A stretch of DNA of 64,000 nt, taken from assembly GCA_964588695.1 (NCBI GenBank), contig CAZPQK010000004.1, forward strand, positions 85,129-149,128, written 5' to 3'. Positions 17,876 through 27,353 of the stretch are shown here, one piece after another; the stretch's first letter is position 1; each line of letters opens with the position of its first letter. Source of the stretch: an uncultured bacterium (GTDB lineage Bacteria; Krumholzibacteriota; Krumholzibacteriia; WVZY01; JAKEHA01). Under the pieces are notes generated by a model. It was not told the origin of the DNA. It did no database searches and was given only the letters and a program-made list of their open reading frames with translations. The translations under genes were made by a program, and so were the position numbers.

Positions 17876-19486
17876 ATGAAAACGATTCGCGTTCTAATGC
17901 TCCTCGCTGTGGGAGCTTTGATAGTAACGGCGCTGCCGACGGCAAATGCGCATGCGGCAGCAACCATTGTCATCAACAACGCCGATGGAGCTGGCGAAGG
18001 GTTTAACGATCCGACACCGGTGGCGCCCATCGGCGGCAACCCTGGGACAACCCTGGGTGCACAACGACTCAACGCGTTTACTTATGCCGCCAATATTTGG
18101 GCGGCGTGCCTGAACAGCAACGTGACCATCGTCGTTAACGCGCAAATCGATCCGCAGTTCTGTAGCGGCGGTTCGGCAGTGTTGGGGTCGGCGGGAACCA
18201 CGACCGTCCACCGCGACTTTACAGGCGCTCAGCTTGCCAATACCTGGTACCCGCAGGCGCTGGCCAACGCACAGGCCGGGTCCGACCTTAGCCCCAACCC
18301 CGACATTAACGCGACGTTCAATAGCAACCTGGGAACGTCGGGTTCTTGTAGCATCGGTTGGTACTACGGCTACGACATGTCGCCGGGCGGCGGTCAGATC
18401 GATTTCATTTCGGTAGTCACCCACGAAATCGGACATGGCTTGGGTTTCCAAACGTTCCAGAATTCAGTAGGTAACTGGTTCTACGGTATCCCCGACACGT
18501 ACGGCCGCAACATGTACTTCAACGGCAACTCGCCGCCAGACTATCCGTCGATGAGCGCGGCGCAGCGGGCAGCGGGCAACCTTGGCGACCCCAACCTGGT
18601 TTGGGATGGCTCGGGCGTGAATGCACAGATTCCGTTGGTCCCGATCGTTTCCGGTGTGACCAACAACCGTGTGCGTTTGCATGGACCAAACCCGTTCCAG
18701 AACGGGTCGTCGCTTTCGCACTTTAGTACCGCTCTGTTTCCTAACGAAATGATGGAACCGTCGTACACTGTTCCCATCCACGACCCGGCAGTGGGACTCT
18801 ACTTGCTGGAAGACATTGGCTGGGATCTCGACAAGTGTTCGGCAACCGAAACCACGGTGGATCAATCCGATACCAACACGGTGTCGCAAACTACCACACT
18901 ATGGACGTTCCAGCTTGAGGTTACCGCCAACGGCCCCGGAGACGCGATCAACACCAACGTGACGCTGACCAGCATCCCATTCTGGGCGTCGGCGCCGGAT
19001 CCGTTCTGCGCTTACGGCACCATCAACAACGGCACGTCATCGTTTGGTTTGGACGACTTCACGTTGGACATCACCAACTGGACGCCGGGAACCAGCTTCA
19101 ACGTCAACATCCAAATTGAATGGGAAAACGACTGTGGCGAGACGCGTAGCGAAATCGAAACCGTCACATTGCAGCCCGAGGATCAAGTTACTGCTGCCGG
19201 CCCTGCGTTGGGCGATAGGCTCGAGCAGAACTTTCCCAACCCGTTTAACCCGACGACGACGATCAACTACGCAGTGGCCGCCGATGGCCTGGTAGAGTTG
19301 AACATCTACGACGTGTCGGGCGCTCTGGTGCGTACCCTGGTTGACGAGACCAAAGAAGCCGGCACCTACAGCGCGACCTGGAATGGTGTTGCCAACAACG
19401 GCACCCGCGCGGCTAGCGGGGTTTACTTTTACACGATCCGTAGCGGCGAGTTTACCCAGACCCGCCGCATGGTCATGCTGAAGTAA
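17876..19486 (+). CDS. M8 leishmanolysin-like zinc metallopeptidase with a TIGR04183-type C-terminal sorting domain
   Basis: VTHEIGHGLGF matches the leishmanolysin HExxHALGF motif. Downstream SHF...NEMMEP matches the third-His/Met-turn region (SHIK...DELMAP). C-terminal FPNPFNPTTTINY...GVYFYTIR...MLK. Confidence 0.65.
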   Translation: MKTIRVLMLLAVGALIVTALPTANAHAAATIVINNADGAGEGFNDPTPVAPIGGNPGTTLGAQRLNAFTYAANIWAACLNSNVTIVVNAQIDPQFCSGGSAVLGSAGTTTVHRDFTGAQLANTWYPQALANAQAGSDLSPNPDINATFNSNLGTSGSCSIGWYYGYDMSPGGGQIDFISVVTHEIGHGLGFQTFQNSVGNWFYGIPDTYGRNMYFNGNSPPDYPSMSAAQRAAGNLGDPNLVWDGSGVNAQIPLVPIVSGVTNNRVRLHGPNPFQNGSSLSHFSTALFPNEMMEPSYTVPIHDPAVGLYLLEDIGWDLDKCSATETTVDQSDTNTVSQTTTLWTFQLEVTANGPGDAINTNVTLTSIPFWASAPDPFCAYGTINNGTSSFGLDDFTLDITNWTPGTSFNVNIQIEWENDCGETRSEIETVTLQPEDQVTAAGPALGDRLEQNFPNPFNPTTTINYAVAADGLVELNIYDVSGALVRTLVDETKEAGTYSATWNGVANNGTRAASGVYFYTIRSGEFTQTRRMVMLK

Positions 19487-19507
19487 CGTAGTCCTAGCAT
19501 ACGCTAA

Positions 19508-19542
19508 TAAAAAGGAGAGCCTTTTCGGCTCTCCTTTTTTTG
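19508..19542 (+). terminator. rho-independent terminator
   Basis: aggagagcc/ggctctcct stem with a 5-nt loop followed by TTTTTTTG. Confidence 0.75.
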
Positions 19543-19654
19543 TGCCGTCACCGACGTGCACCATGCGGTCAATTCGTGTTATGTTTTGTGCTTCGGATCT
19601 CTCCGGGCCGAACACTGACGTGCGGTTAGACTTACTACAATATTGGAGCAGGGA

Positions 19655-20131
19655 ATGGCGAAGAAGATCTTGATCGTAACCATGTTTGTGCTGAGCGCAT
19701 TTTTGGGTGGGGTATTGGTTGGACACGTTACCCAAAGTGCGCAAGCCGAACTTACCGAAGGCGGCGAAGAGCTAAGCGAGTACATGGGATTACTACAGCG
19801 ACACACACACAAGCTTGGCCTCGCGATTGCTGCAAAGAACAAAGGACTCGCAGAGTTTTACCTTCACGAAGTGGAAGAAACCAGCGCTGTAATTGTCGAG
19901 CGCTTTCCCGACTATGACGGGTTCAAGGTGGGCGCGCTGGCCAAGGCCATGATGGTGCCGTACGTTTTGACGTTGGATAAAGCGATCGACGGAGGAAACT
20001 GGTCGTCGGCTCGCACCGGTTTTACCAGTCTTGTTTCGTCATGCAACCAGTGCCATCAGGCAACCAAGCATTCCTACGTGGTCATAACGAACCCCGAGAC
20101 GAATCCCTTCAACCAACGGTTCGAGCCCTAA
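19655..20131 (+). CDS. class II cytochrome c (cytochrome c'/c556-like four-helix-bundle, C-terminal CxxCH)
   Basis: Signal peptide. Single heme-binding motif CNQCH near the C-terminus. GGAG RBS 7 nt before ATG 19655. Confidence 0.7.
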   Translation: MAKKILIVTMFVLSAFLGGVLVGHVTQSAQAELTEGGEELSEYMGLLQRHTHKLGLAIAAKNKGLAEFYLHEVEETSAVIVERFPDYDGFKVGALAKAMMVPYVLTLDKAIDGGNWSSARTGFTSLVSSCNQCHQATKHSYVVITNPETNPFNQRFEP

Positions 20132-21118
20132 CTAGTAGATTGCAACAACCGGATTCTTGGCGTCGTGGGTACCGTCCAACATCTCGCAGAACGTCCGTAG
20201 CGAAGTCCGCGCAGTTACGGCATAGCGGTTTATCGGCGACATGGGGTTGCCACTGGTTAAACGAACATTGGTGAGATCGTTCATTGCCACCATGCGTTGA
20301 AACCCGACGTGTGTTGCCACCGAATCGACCAGCGTCGATCCCGCCCCATACGGCCACGCCAGGAACTTTGACGTGGCGCCGATGGCGGCAATTCGGGTGA
20401 TCGACGTCGCGAGGTCTGCGCTCAGGCCCTCCTGCCAGGTAACCCCCAGGGGCACGGCTCCCCGGCTCGCGGCCAGGAACACCGGAACCATGTCTCCTGC
20501 GACGTCAACTTTGTAGTGCAGGTTTTCGGTATGCGACTCGACCGCAAAGACACCACTTTCCGCCATCTCTCGAATCTGCGGCCACGTTAGCATGTCGCGA
20601 CCATTCCACTGTCTCTCCATTTGTCCGGTGGTAACAAAAAGGGTTGCCGTAAAGCCGAACTCCTTGAGCATGGGAAACGCGATGTCGTAGACGCTGCGCT
20701 CGCCATCGTCAAAGGTGATAACAATTGGGCGTGACGGGAGTTGCTTTTCGCCACGCTGCCACGCGTCAACATCTTGCAACGTTACGGTCTGGTAGCCACG
20801 TCCATACAAGTAGCTTAGCTGCGACCGGAAGTTGCGGCGGGTAACGGTCCACTCATCGTCGTCAGGCAAAATCGGAAGACTTAGAACCACTGCGCCAAAC
20901 ACCCTGGCCACCTGAGCCGGGCTGTTGTCCCCAGAGAGATAGTGGTAACAGAGCACCGGAACGCGTTCGGTACTAACGGTGTCGGTAAGCGCAAGCGCGC
21001 GACGGGCCTCAATGTCGCGAGCGTCTTCGACCGCGACCAGGCTGGCAACAAAAAGCGTAAGGCTGGCCGATGCCAGTACAAATACACTTAGCCCAACTAG
21101 AACTTCGCGTTTCCGCAT
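20132..21118 (-). CDS. pgaB: polysaccharide deacetylase (NodB-homology, PgaB N-domain/IcaB-like), short form
   Basis: Signal peptide/TM followed by a carbohydrate esterase 4 motif ITFDDGERSVYD. The last gene of the pga-like cluster. Confidence 0.7.
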   Translation of the reverse strand: MRKREVLVGLSVFVLASASLTLFVASLVAVEDARDIEARRALALTDTVSTERVPVLCYHYLSGDNSPAQVARVFGAVVLSLPILPDDDEWTVTRRNFRSQLSYLYGRGYQTVTLQDVDAWQRGEKQLPSRPIVITFDDGERSVYDIAFPMLKEFGFTATLFVTTGQMERQWNGRDMLTWPQIREMAESGVFAVESHTENLHYKVDVAGDMVPVFLAASRGAVPLGVTWQEGLSADLATSITRIAAIGATSKFLAWPYGAGSTLVDSVATHVGFQRMVAMNDLTNVRLTSGNPMSPINRYAVTARTSLRTFCEMLDGTHDAKNPVVAIY

Positions 21119-22761
21119 TAGTTGTTAAACTCCGCGAAACGGTATTCCGTCATCAGATAGAAACCATTTGCCTCATAGCCACTTTGGCTGTCGAGTCGCG
21201 ATTCCGAAGCGTAATACCCTGCACCAATGCCCAACCCTTGAACCAGGCGAAACCAGATAGAGGTGTTAAACGAACCAACGGTAAACCAGTCGTCGGTTTC
21301 CTTTTCCCACCCCAAACGACCGCCGAGGTCAAAGATCACGCGAGAGGTTGGGTACGCAGTTACCGCGATCCGTTGGTAAACTGCAGTGTACTTGTCGGGG
21401 CTGTAGTAACCGTTGTCGTTGGATTCCGCAAAGTTCCAGTGCGCGATCCCGGTTGTCAGGTTCCAGCGATTACGAAAGCCCAGCGGAAACTGTGCCGCTG
21501 GTTGCCACAGTAAGCGTGTGTCGAGAGAAGTGCGACGGTTGTCGTCGCTGTAGTTTGCGTTGGCCGCTGACGCCGCTAACGTAATGTTGTATAGCGCGCG
21601 CCAGTCGATGCCAACGCTAGTCTGGTTGATCGCGATGTTACGGTAGATCGGTCGCGGATTCTCCAACGCGTCGCGATAGAACCCCACGTCCATTCGAACA
21701 CGGTCACCGGGGGTAACGGTAACGTAGCTGTCGATGACAAAGAGATCGAAACCATCGGACGCTTCCGAATCGACCGCGAGAATCCCGTTGTCGAAACGGT
21801 TGCTCTCCACGCCTGGCATGATCGTTGCCGCCAGCGCTTCCGAAAACCGATGCTGCACTTTGGCATAGAAGCGATCACGAGTAACCGGAAAGCTGCCAGG
21901 CTGGTCGATACTTCCGCGCGCGTAACCGGCGGTTATCCGCGACGGCCAGTCGACGTTTAGCGCGGCTTCGTAACGATGCCACCGTCGTTCGATGTCGTCA
22001 TTGTCGTCGTTACGGTCGAAACGATACGTCGCAGTCGGCGCTCGATCCTGCTCCAACGCGCGCCGCATGTGATTTGCATCGCTGAAGTTCTCGCTACGCA
22101 ACAGCCCGTGCGCATCTGCGTACATTCCCACATCGCGATGCGTGGCCGCCTTGCCGACCAAAGCGTCGCGATTCTCGCCACGCGAATGCAGGATATCGTC
22201 GTAGTAACCGCGCGCTTCCCGTGGGTCGTTCATCCAGCGAGTCACCTGCGCCAGCCCTAGCTGCGAGGGTTCGTGTCCCGGCGCGTCGACAAGGATGGAT
22301 TCGTACATCCGCTTTGCGCGCGGAAGGTCGCTCTTCCAGCTAACCACTTGTGCGAGGCCAGCGCGCGCGTCGTAGATTTCCCCACGGGGTGCGAACACGA
22401 TGGCGCGCTCGTACGCCAGCTCGGCCTCGTCAAGCTGGTCGTTCCAACTCAGCGCGCGTGCCAGTCCCATTTGTGCAGTAAAGTCGTCGGGACGGAAATC
22501 TATTCGTCGCTGATACCACACCACCGCCGAGTCCAACTGGCCTGACCAGGTGAACTGATGCCCCAGTTCGGTAGCCAGTTCCTTCGCAAGATACGGGTGC
22601 ATCTCGATAGCAGCACGATAGTTGTTGATCGCTTCCTGGTGACGGTCACTGGCAGCGGCTTCGCGAGCTTTGCGCAGCGACGCTTCGACCCCCTGGTGCG
22701 AGTAAACAGCCCCCGGCACCACAGCGACAAGTAACGCGGCAAGTAGCAAATGTTTTTTCAT
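21118..22761 (-). CDS. pgaA: PgaA-like outer-membrane export porin with periplasmic TPR domain
   Basis: Signal peptide MKKHLLLAALLVAVVPGAVYS. TPR repeats in the N-terminal half and a beta-barrel-like C-terminal half ending in F-x-x. The ATG at 22759-22761 overlaps the pgaC stop. Confidence 0.7.
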   Translation of the reverse strand: MKKHLLLAALLVAVVPGAVYSHQGVEASLRKAREAAASDRHQEAINNYRAAIEMHPYLAKELATELGHQFTWSGQLDSAVVWYQRRIDFRPDDFTAQMGLARALSWNDQLDEAELAYERAIVFAPRGEIYDARAGLAQVVSWKSDLPRAKRMYESILVDAPGHEPSQLGLAQVTRWMNDPREARGYYDDILHSRGENRDALVGKAATHRDVGMYADAHGLLRSENFSDANHMRRALEQDRAPTATYRFDRNDDNDDIERRWHRYEAALNVDWPSRITAGYARGSIDQPGSFPVTRDRFYAKVQHRFSEALAATIMPGVESNRFDNGILAVDSEASDGFDLFVIDSYVTVTPGDRVRMDVGFYRDALENPRPIYRNIAINQTSVGIDWRALYNITLAASAANANYSDDNRRTSLDTRLLWQPAAQFPLGFRNRWNLTTGIAHWNFAESNDNGYYSPDKYTAVYQRIAVTAYPTSRVIFDLGGRLGWEKETDDWFTVGSFNTSIWFRLVQGLGIGAGYYASESRLDSQSGYEANGFYLMTEYRFAEFNN

Positions 22762-24029
22762 TACGACTCCCCTCGTACCGGTTTCCACTTGACCGGTCCG
22801 CGATCGTCGGGCGACTGCAGAATCGCTTTCGGCGTTGAGATAGCAGTAATGACAGCCATCAACATCCAGTACAACAGTGGGTAAAAGATTGCCGTAAAGT
22901 AGTAGAGTGGAATTTCTGAATCGTATTTGCGATCCATCAGCATACCGGTCATTAGTTGAATCAAGCACATGGTGCCAATCAACATTCCCCACCAGTTAGG
23001 AATGGGCGAAGCACCCAGTGGTGGATAACCAATCCAGTAGCAGAAAATCCATAGCAAGGTTAGAACAACAAAGCAGTAGGCCCAGAATATTGACGCCCAC
23101 GCCTCGATGACCAGCGGCCATTGCCGACGCGTCTTCCAACCCATCGCCCGGCGGCCGTGACGGCGCAGCACCTGGCCCAAGCCGGTCGCCCAGCGCCGAC
23201 GCTGTCGCCAAAGACCGCGAAGGGTCGCCGGAACCCTCATCCACACCACGGCGCGCGGTTCGTAACGAATGTCGTAGAAACGAAGCTGTAGTTTCCAGGA
23301 CAGGTCGATGTCTTCGGTAGCCATGTCGGGACTAAACAATCCCACGTCAAAAATCGCGTTACGATGAAACGCACCCACGACACCGGACATGGTAAGGATC
23401 CGCCCCCACACGCGTTGCGCGCGTCGTTGCAAACTGACGATGGATGCAAATTCGATTACCTGGAGTTTGGCCAGAAGTGATTCGCGGTTAAAAACGCGCG
23501 GGTTTCCGGTAACCGCACCCACGCGTGCGTCGCGAAAATGCGGAACCATGTAGTGCAGAATCTGTGGGTCGGGAACGGCATCGGCGTCGATAATTAAGAA
23601 CACTTCGCCATTAGCGCATTGTAGTGCGTCGTTTAGCGCCATTGCCTTACCTTCGTTGGTTACCTTGCGAACCAGGCGAACCTTGCCAGCATCAACGAAC
23701 GGCTTCACCACCCCGGCAGTGTCGTCTTTGGAGCCATCGTCCACCACGATGACTTCGTAGTCTGGGTATTCGATCCGCAGGCACCCCTCCACGGTTTCCT
23801 TAATATCGTCGGATTCGTTGAACGCCGCCAAAACGACAGAGACCATGGGGACAAATTCGTCGCTGAATTCGGGAGTGTTGTCGCCTTTTTCTCGGCGAAG
23901 AAAAAACACGATGCTAGCGAAAACCAGAATCGCGCTGCTTACCAGTGGATACCAGGCAAAGAACGACAGCGTAAACAGGTAGAACGGGTTTCCCTCGATC
24001 GCCTGAACTATAGCGATAGCGTCAATCAT
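22761..24029 (-). CDS. pgaC: poly-beta-1,6-N-acetyl-D-glucosamine synthase (GT2 processive glycosyltransferase)
   Basis: GT2 motifs VDDGSKD, DADAV and QRRRW. Multiple TM helices. Similar to PgaC/IcaA. Confidence 0.85.
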   Translation of the reverse strand: MIDAIAIVQAIEGNPFYLFTLSFFAWYPLVSSAILVFASIVFFLRREKGDNTPEFSDEFVPMVSVVLAAFNESDDIKETVEGCLRIEYPDYEVIVVDDGSKDDTAGVVKPFVDAGKVRLVRKVTNEGKAMALNDALQCANGEVFLIIDADAVPDPQILHYMVPHFRDARVGAVTGNPRVFNRESLLAKLQVIEFASIVSLQRRAQRVWGRILTMSGVVGAFHRNAIFDVGLFSPDMATEDIDLSWKLQLRFYDIRYEPRAVVWMRVPATLRGLWRQRRRWATGLGQVLRRHGRRAMGWKTRRQWPLVIEAWASIFWAYCFVVLTLLWIFCYWIGYPPLGASPIPNWWGMLIGTMCLIQLMTGMLMDRKYDSEIPLYYFTAIFYPLLYWMLMAVITAISTPKAILQSPDDRGPVKWKPVRGES

Positions 24030-24397
24030 GTAGCATCGGGAGACGCGCGAAACACTTTACGACCCGACGTGGTGTCATCGTCTATGTGCACTTCAATGTA
24101 GCGCGCCGATTTGAGGAGTTCGTCGTCTGCCACAACCAACTGTCGGCCCAGAAAATCACTTGCCGACCGCTTGACTCCCGTGAGTCGTTGCTTGCGCGGC
24201 CCCTTGCGCCGATAGATCCCTTTGTTATGAAAGATCCAACCGGTCAGGAACAGGTAAACCCCCAGAACCATGGCGCCAACCACGATCAACGCAAACTTGG
24301 TGTGCTCGGACACCGGGCGTTGAAACACCAGATACCAGTAGTAGGCAAACACCACCCACAACAGGATCCCCAGCAGAATGTGGAGCACGAGGCGCAT
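24026..24397 (-). CDS. small two-TM membrane protein translationally coupled upstream of pgaC (possible PgaD/IcaD analogue)
   Basis: 123 aa with two N-terminal TM helices and a basic tail. Its stop overlaps the pgaC start (ATGA). A TATAAT-containing promoter-like sequence lies upstream. Confidence 0.45.
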   Translation of the reverse strand: MRLVLHILLGILLWVVFAYYWYLVFQRPVSEHTKFALIVVGAMVLGVYLFLTGWIFHNKGIYRRKGPRKQRLTGVKRSASDFLGRQLVVADDELLKSARYIEVHIDDDTTSGRKVFRASPDAT

Positions 24398-24511
24398 AGA
24401 ATATTTGGGTAGGGGAATGAGACGAGCGGATTGAGCTAACCAGGGTTTTGCAACCTCTGTGCCAGCCGTGGAGCGATAAGGTATTATAAGGAAGGCAGTT
24501 AGCGGGGCGGC

Positions 24512-25513
24512 CTAGAAACCGTCGGGCAAGTCATCGTTGGAACCAAGACGCTTGATCCATTCATCGATGCCGCGTTGGGTCGCGAAGCGTCGCACGCGTC
24601 GGAATCCTTCCCCATACACCGGGTCCTGGTCTTCCAACATATTGCGCACGATGTACTGGCCCTGGTCTTCTTCATATTTGCGAAGCACTAAATATGCTGC
24701 GTAATTGCAGCTGCCCTCACGAAACGCGTCGTCGGTATCCAGCCTTCCGCGGGTGAAATGCCACACGTGAGTAAGCTCGTGCGCGAGAGTTCCCACCATA
24801 TCCATGCGGGGTATGCCGTAGAGTACGTAAACATCTATCGTTCGTTTCTTAGAAAACCCCAAGTTCCATCGTCGTTCCCAAAAGTCAGTAAAGCCCATCA
24901 AGCTGTGCGACCGTCGGCCGGACAGTTTCTGCATTTGCTTAAGCCCCATCACGTGCAGGTGTACTTTGTCGAGATCGACAAACATCCCGAAGTCATCCAT
25001 CGCTGCGGCAACATCTTGCATAAGCGATTTGGCTTCCTTAATGTCGGTAATGGCATCGTTGCGGCAGATGCGACAGATCTCGCGTCCATCGCTGTAACGG
25101 GTACCACCGCCGGTGGTGTTCTCGGTAATAAACCGCCCGCAGTATTCACACGAAGGAATGTCACCCTTGTGATGGGTGTGATAGCTGTTTCCCCAGTGAT
25201 CGAGCAGGTACTCGCCAGAAATAACGCCGGCGCAAATGGCACAACGCAACGCGACGTTATGCTTGAAGCAATCGTTGTGATAGTTTTCGTCTCGAAAAGT
25301 AGTAAAGCGGCCGCGAATCTGGCGGTCGCAATGTTTGCACACCAGATGCTCGGGGTGATAGCACAGGCCTCCGACTTCGATACGCGACGTACCAATCGCC
25401 TTACCGCATGCTTCGCACGCGTCGCAGCGCTCCGCGCTGGAGATGCCGGCAACTCCGACGAGGGATACCAGGAGCAGCATCCCAAAAACATATGCTTTGG
25501 CGAGAACGTTCAT
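24512..25513 (-). CDS. LIM-type zinc-finger + DA1-like (HExxH) metallopeptidase, membrane-anchored/secreted
   Basis: Signal peptide/TM anchor. Two Cys/His clusters with LIM-like spacing (CDACEACGK...CYHPEHLVCKHCDRQI...NDCF and CAICAGVI...HTHHKG...CEYCGRFI...CRIC). The C-terminal region VYVLYGIPRMDMVGTLAHELTHVWHF...REGSCNYAAY aligns with the DA1-like peptidase core [21 protein letters not shown]...EEGICQVLAH. Confidence 0.65.
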   Translation of the reverse strand: MNVLAKAYVFGMLLLVSLVGVAGISSAERCDACEACGKAIGTSRIEVGGLCYHPEHLVCKHCDRQIRGRFTTFRDENYHNDCFKHNVALRCAICAGVISGEYLLDHWGNSYHTHHKGDIPSCEYCGRFITENTTGGGTRYSDGREICRICRNDAITDIKEAKSLMQDVAAAMDDFGMFVDLDKVHLHVMGLKQMQKLSGRRSHSLMGFTDFWERRWNLGFSKKRTIDVYVLYGIPRMDMVGTLAHELTHVWHFTRGRLDTDDAFREGSCNYAAYLVLRKYEEDQGQYIVRNMLEDQDPVYGEGFRRVRRFATQRGIDEWIKRLGSNDDLPDGF

Positions 25514-25534
25514 AACGAGATCGAAACCCGGAAT

Positions 25535-27343
25535 CTAGTTAATCAAGCTTTGTGCCAGTCGGGCAATACGACCGTTGGCTCCAACCAGGTAAATATGGTC
25601 GCTGCTTGCCCAGGCGCCAAGCCATGTTTCGGAAACACCGGTTTCGATTTCGAGCAGTTTTAGACGCTCCGATGGGTCAAACCGATAGAGGTTCCCGCGG
25701 GTAACCGCCACCCCAATGCCGTCGTCAATCACCGCTACTGAGGTTGCCGCCGCTGGTAGCTGAACTCTTTGCCATGCGCCCGTTCCGCGCCAGTAAAAGC
25801 CGCCTGTTTCGTCGATGGCGAAGGTTGCCGTCGCTCCGGCAGCGACATCAATCACATTATCGTTCGCAGATATTGCCATACGTGTCCATTGGCCTTGCGT
25901 TCGATGGAGAATGGTTCCTTCGGCACCCACGGCGTAAACGTTGTCGTCTCCAGTGCCGGAAACACCGTAAAGCGGAGGCGTCCCCGCGGGCAGCGATTCA
26001 ACTTGATAAGAAAGCCCATTGAAGTGAAGTACAAGTCCGGTGGTGTCGCCGCCGACAATATAGACGCTGGAGTCAAAAGGACCCCACACGTCGCGTAGCG
26101 CTTCGCCGGTTAGCGTCAGTTCCGCGTTCCAACTGGACCCGTTAAACCGAAACAACACACCGCCATCGGCGGCCGCGAAGACGTTACTGGGCTGAACCGC
26201 GAACACGCTATTGAACTGGAATGGACCCTGGTCGTCCGATACCCAGGTCGTGTCCGCCCACCGCAGTATTTCGCCATCGTCGCCACACGCAAACCCCGCA
26301 CCGTTGTCCGGGCTAAACCATACACTGGTAAGATCGGACTGCGTTGCCAACTCCACAACCCCGGCCTGAGGCGCCGGCGCGTAGTGAGCCAAAAACCCGG
26401 CCGATCCTGACAACCAGAAGTCGTCGCTAGCCGCGGCAAAAACATCGGTCAATTCCTCCGGGCCAGGCGTTATATCGACAGGGCTCCAGGTGGACCCATC
26501 GAAGTACCACAACGCCTCACCGCCGACGTTGGCATCGCCAGCGACAAGTATTGAGTTCGCGTTCACAACCGACACCGCATTGAAATCGGTCGCTGCAAAG
26601 TTATCGACCGTCGGACTGGGACCAAAAAGATCGCGAACTACCAAACCGTTTGCGCCGACAGCCACGACGGTCATGTTGTCCGACGCCACATCGTTGAAAC
26701 TTCCGCCAACAGAAACTGTGTCAATCGGATCGGGGCCAAACACGCCGGTGTCTAAGAACGCATTCCCCGCGGCATCGACCAGTACTTCCTGTCCTTGACG
26801 CAAGGCGATGCCGGTTATGGGCTCCGTGCTTATTTGAATTGGCTGATAAGTGGTCAGGCCAACGCCGCGATCACGCTGGTGCAGAAATCCGCCGGCGTCG
26901 CCAAAGTAAACCGACGTGTCGGCGCCGAACACCGTGATTACATCGTTGGCCGGATTCAAAGTTATGGGCCACCACGTACCGTTGTAGCGCTCCAGGACCA
27001 CGCCGTCCTCGCCACCTGCGACAAACCCTAGCGGGGTTCCAGTCGCGTCCAACCAGCGGCTGTCGGCATGCTGACCACTGGAGTACCGCCTCCACACGCC
27101 GCCGTCCTGATAAAAGAATCCAGCACTCAACGACGTAACTGCGAGCCCGGTTGGAGTGATGGCCAGTGCGTTGATGTCATGGCCGGTGGGCAAAGGCGAG
27201 TCGAACTCCACAGCGACAAAGACTGTGGTAACCGAAGGCGGGTGATCACCAACCTTCGGCGTATCCGGTCTCTCGCATGCGCATAAAGAACAAACGGCGA
27301 CCGCCAAACCGATCGCCGTTGAATGCCAACCTTTCGCGAGCAA
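25535..27343 (-). CDS. large repeat-rich (beta-propeller-like) putative lipoprotein
   Basis: About 600 aa of degenerate Gly/Asp/Trp repeats behind a signal peptide with a Cys-containing lipobox-like segment (AVAVCSLCAC). The ORF-track start at 27403 overlaps the upstream gene by 50 nt, so a TTG start near 27343 with GGAG upstream is proposed. Confidence 0.45.
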   Translation of the reverse strand: MLAKGWHSTAIGLAVAVCSLCACERPDTPKVGDHPPSVTTVFVAVEFDSPLPTGHDINALAITPTGLAVTSLSAGFFYQDGGVWRRYSSGQHADSRWLDATGTPLGFVAGGEDGVVLERYNGTWWPITLNPANDVITVFGADTSVYFGDAGGFLHQRDRGVGLTTYQPIQISTEPITGIALRQGQEVLVDAAGNAFLDTGVFGPDPIDTVSVGGSFNDVASDNMTVVAVGANGLVVRDLFGPSPTVDNFAATDFNAVSVVNANSILVAGDANVGGEALWYFDGSTWSPVDITPGPEELTDVFAAASDDFWLSGSAGFLAHYAPAPQAGVVELATQSDLTSVWFSPDNGAGFACGDDGEILRWADTTWVSDDQGPFQFNSVFAVQPSNVFAAADGGVLFRFNGSSWNAELTLTGEALRDVWGPFDSSVYIVGGDTTGLVLHFNGLSYQVESLPAGTPPLYGVSGTGDDNVYAVGAEGTILHRTQGQWTRMAISANDNVIDVAAGATATFAIDETGGFYWRGTGAWQRVQLPAAATSVAVIDDGIGVAVTRGNLYRFDPSERLKLLEIETGVSETWLGAWASSDHIYLVGANGRIARLAQSLIN

Positions 27344-27353
27344 CAAAGAACTC

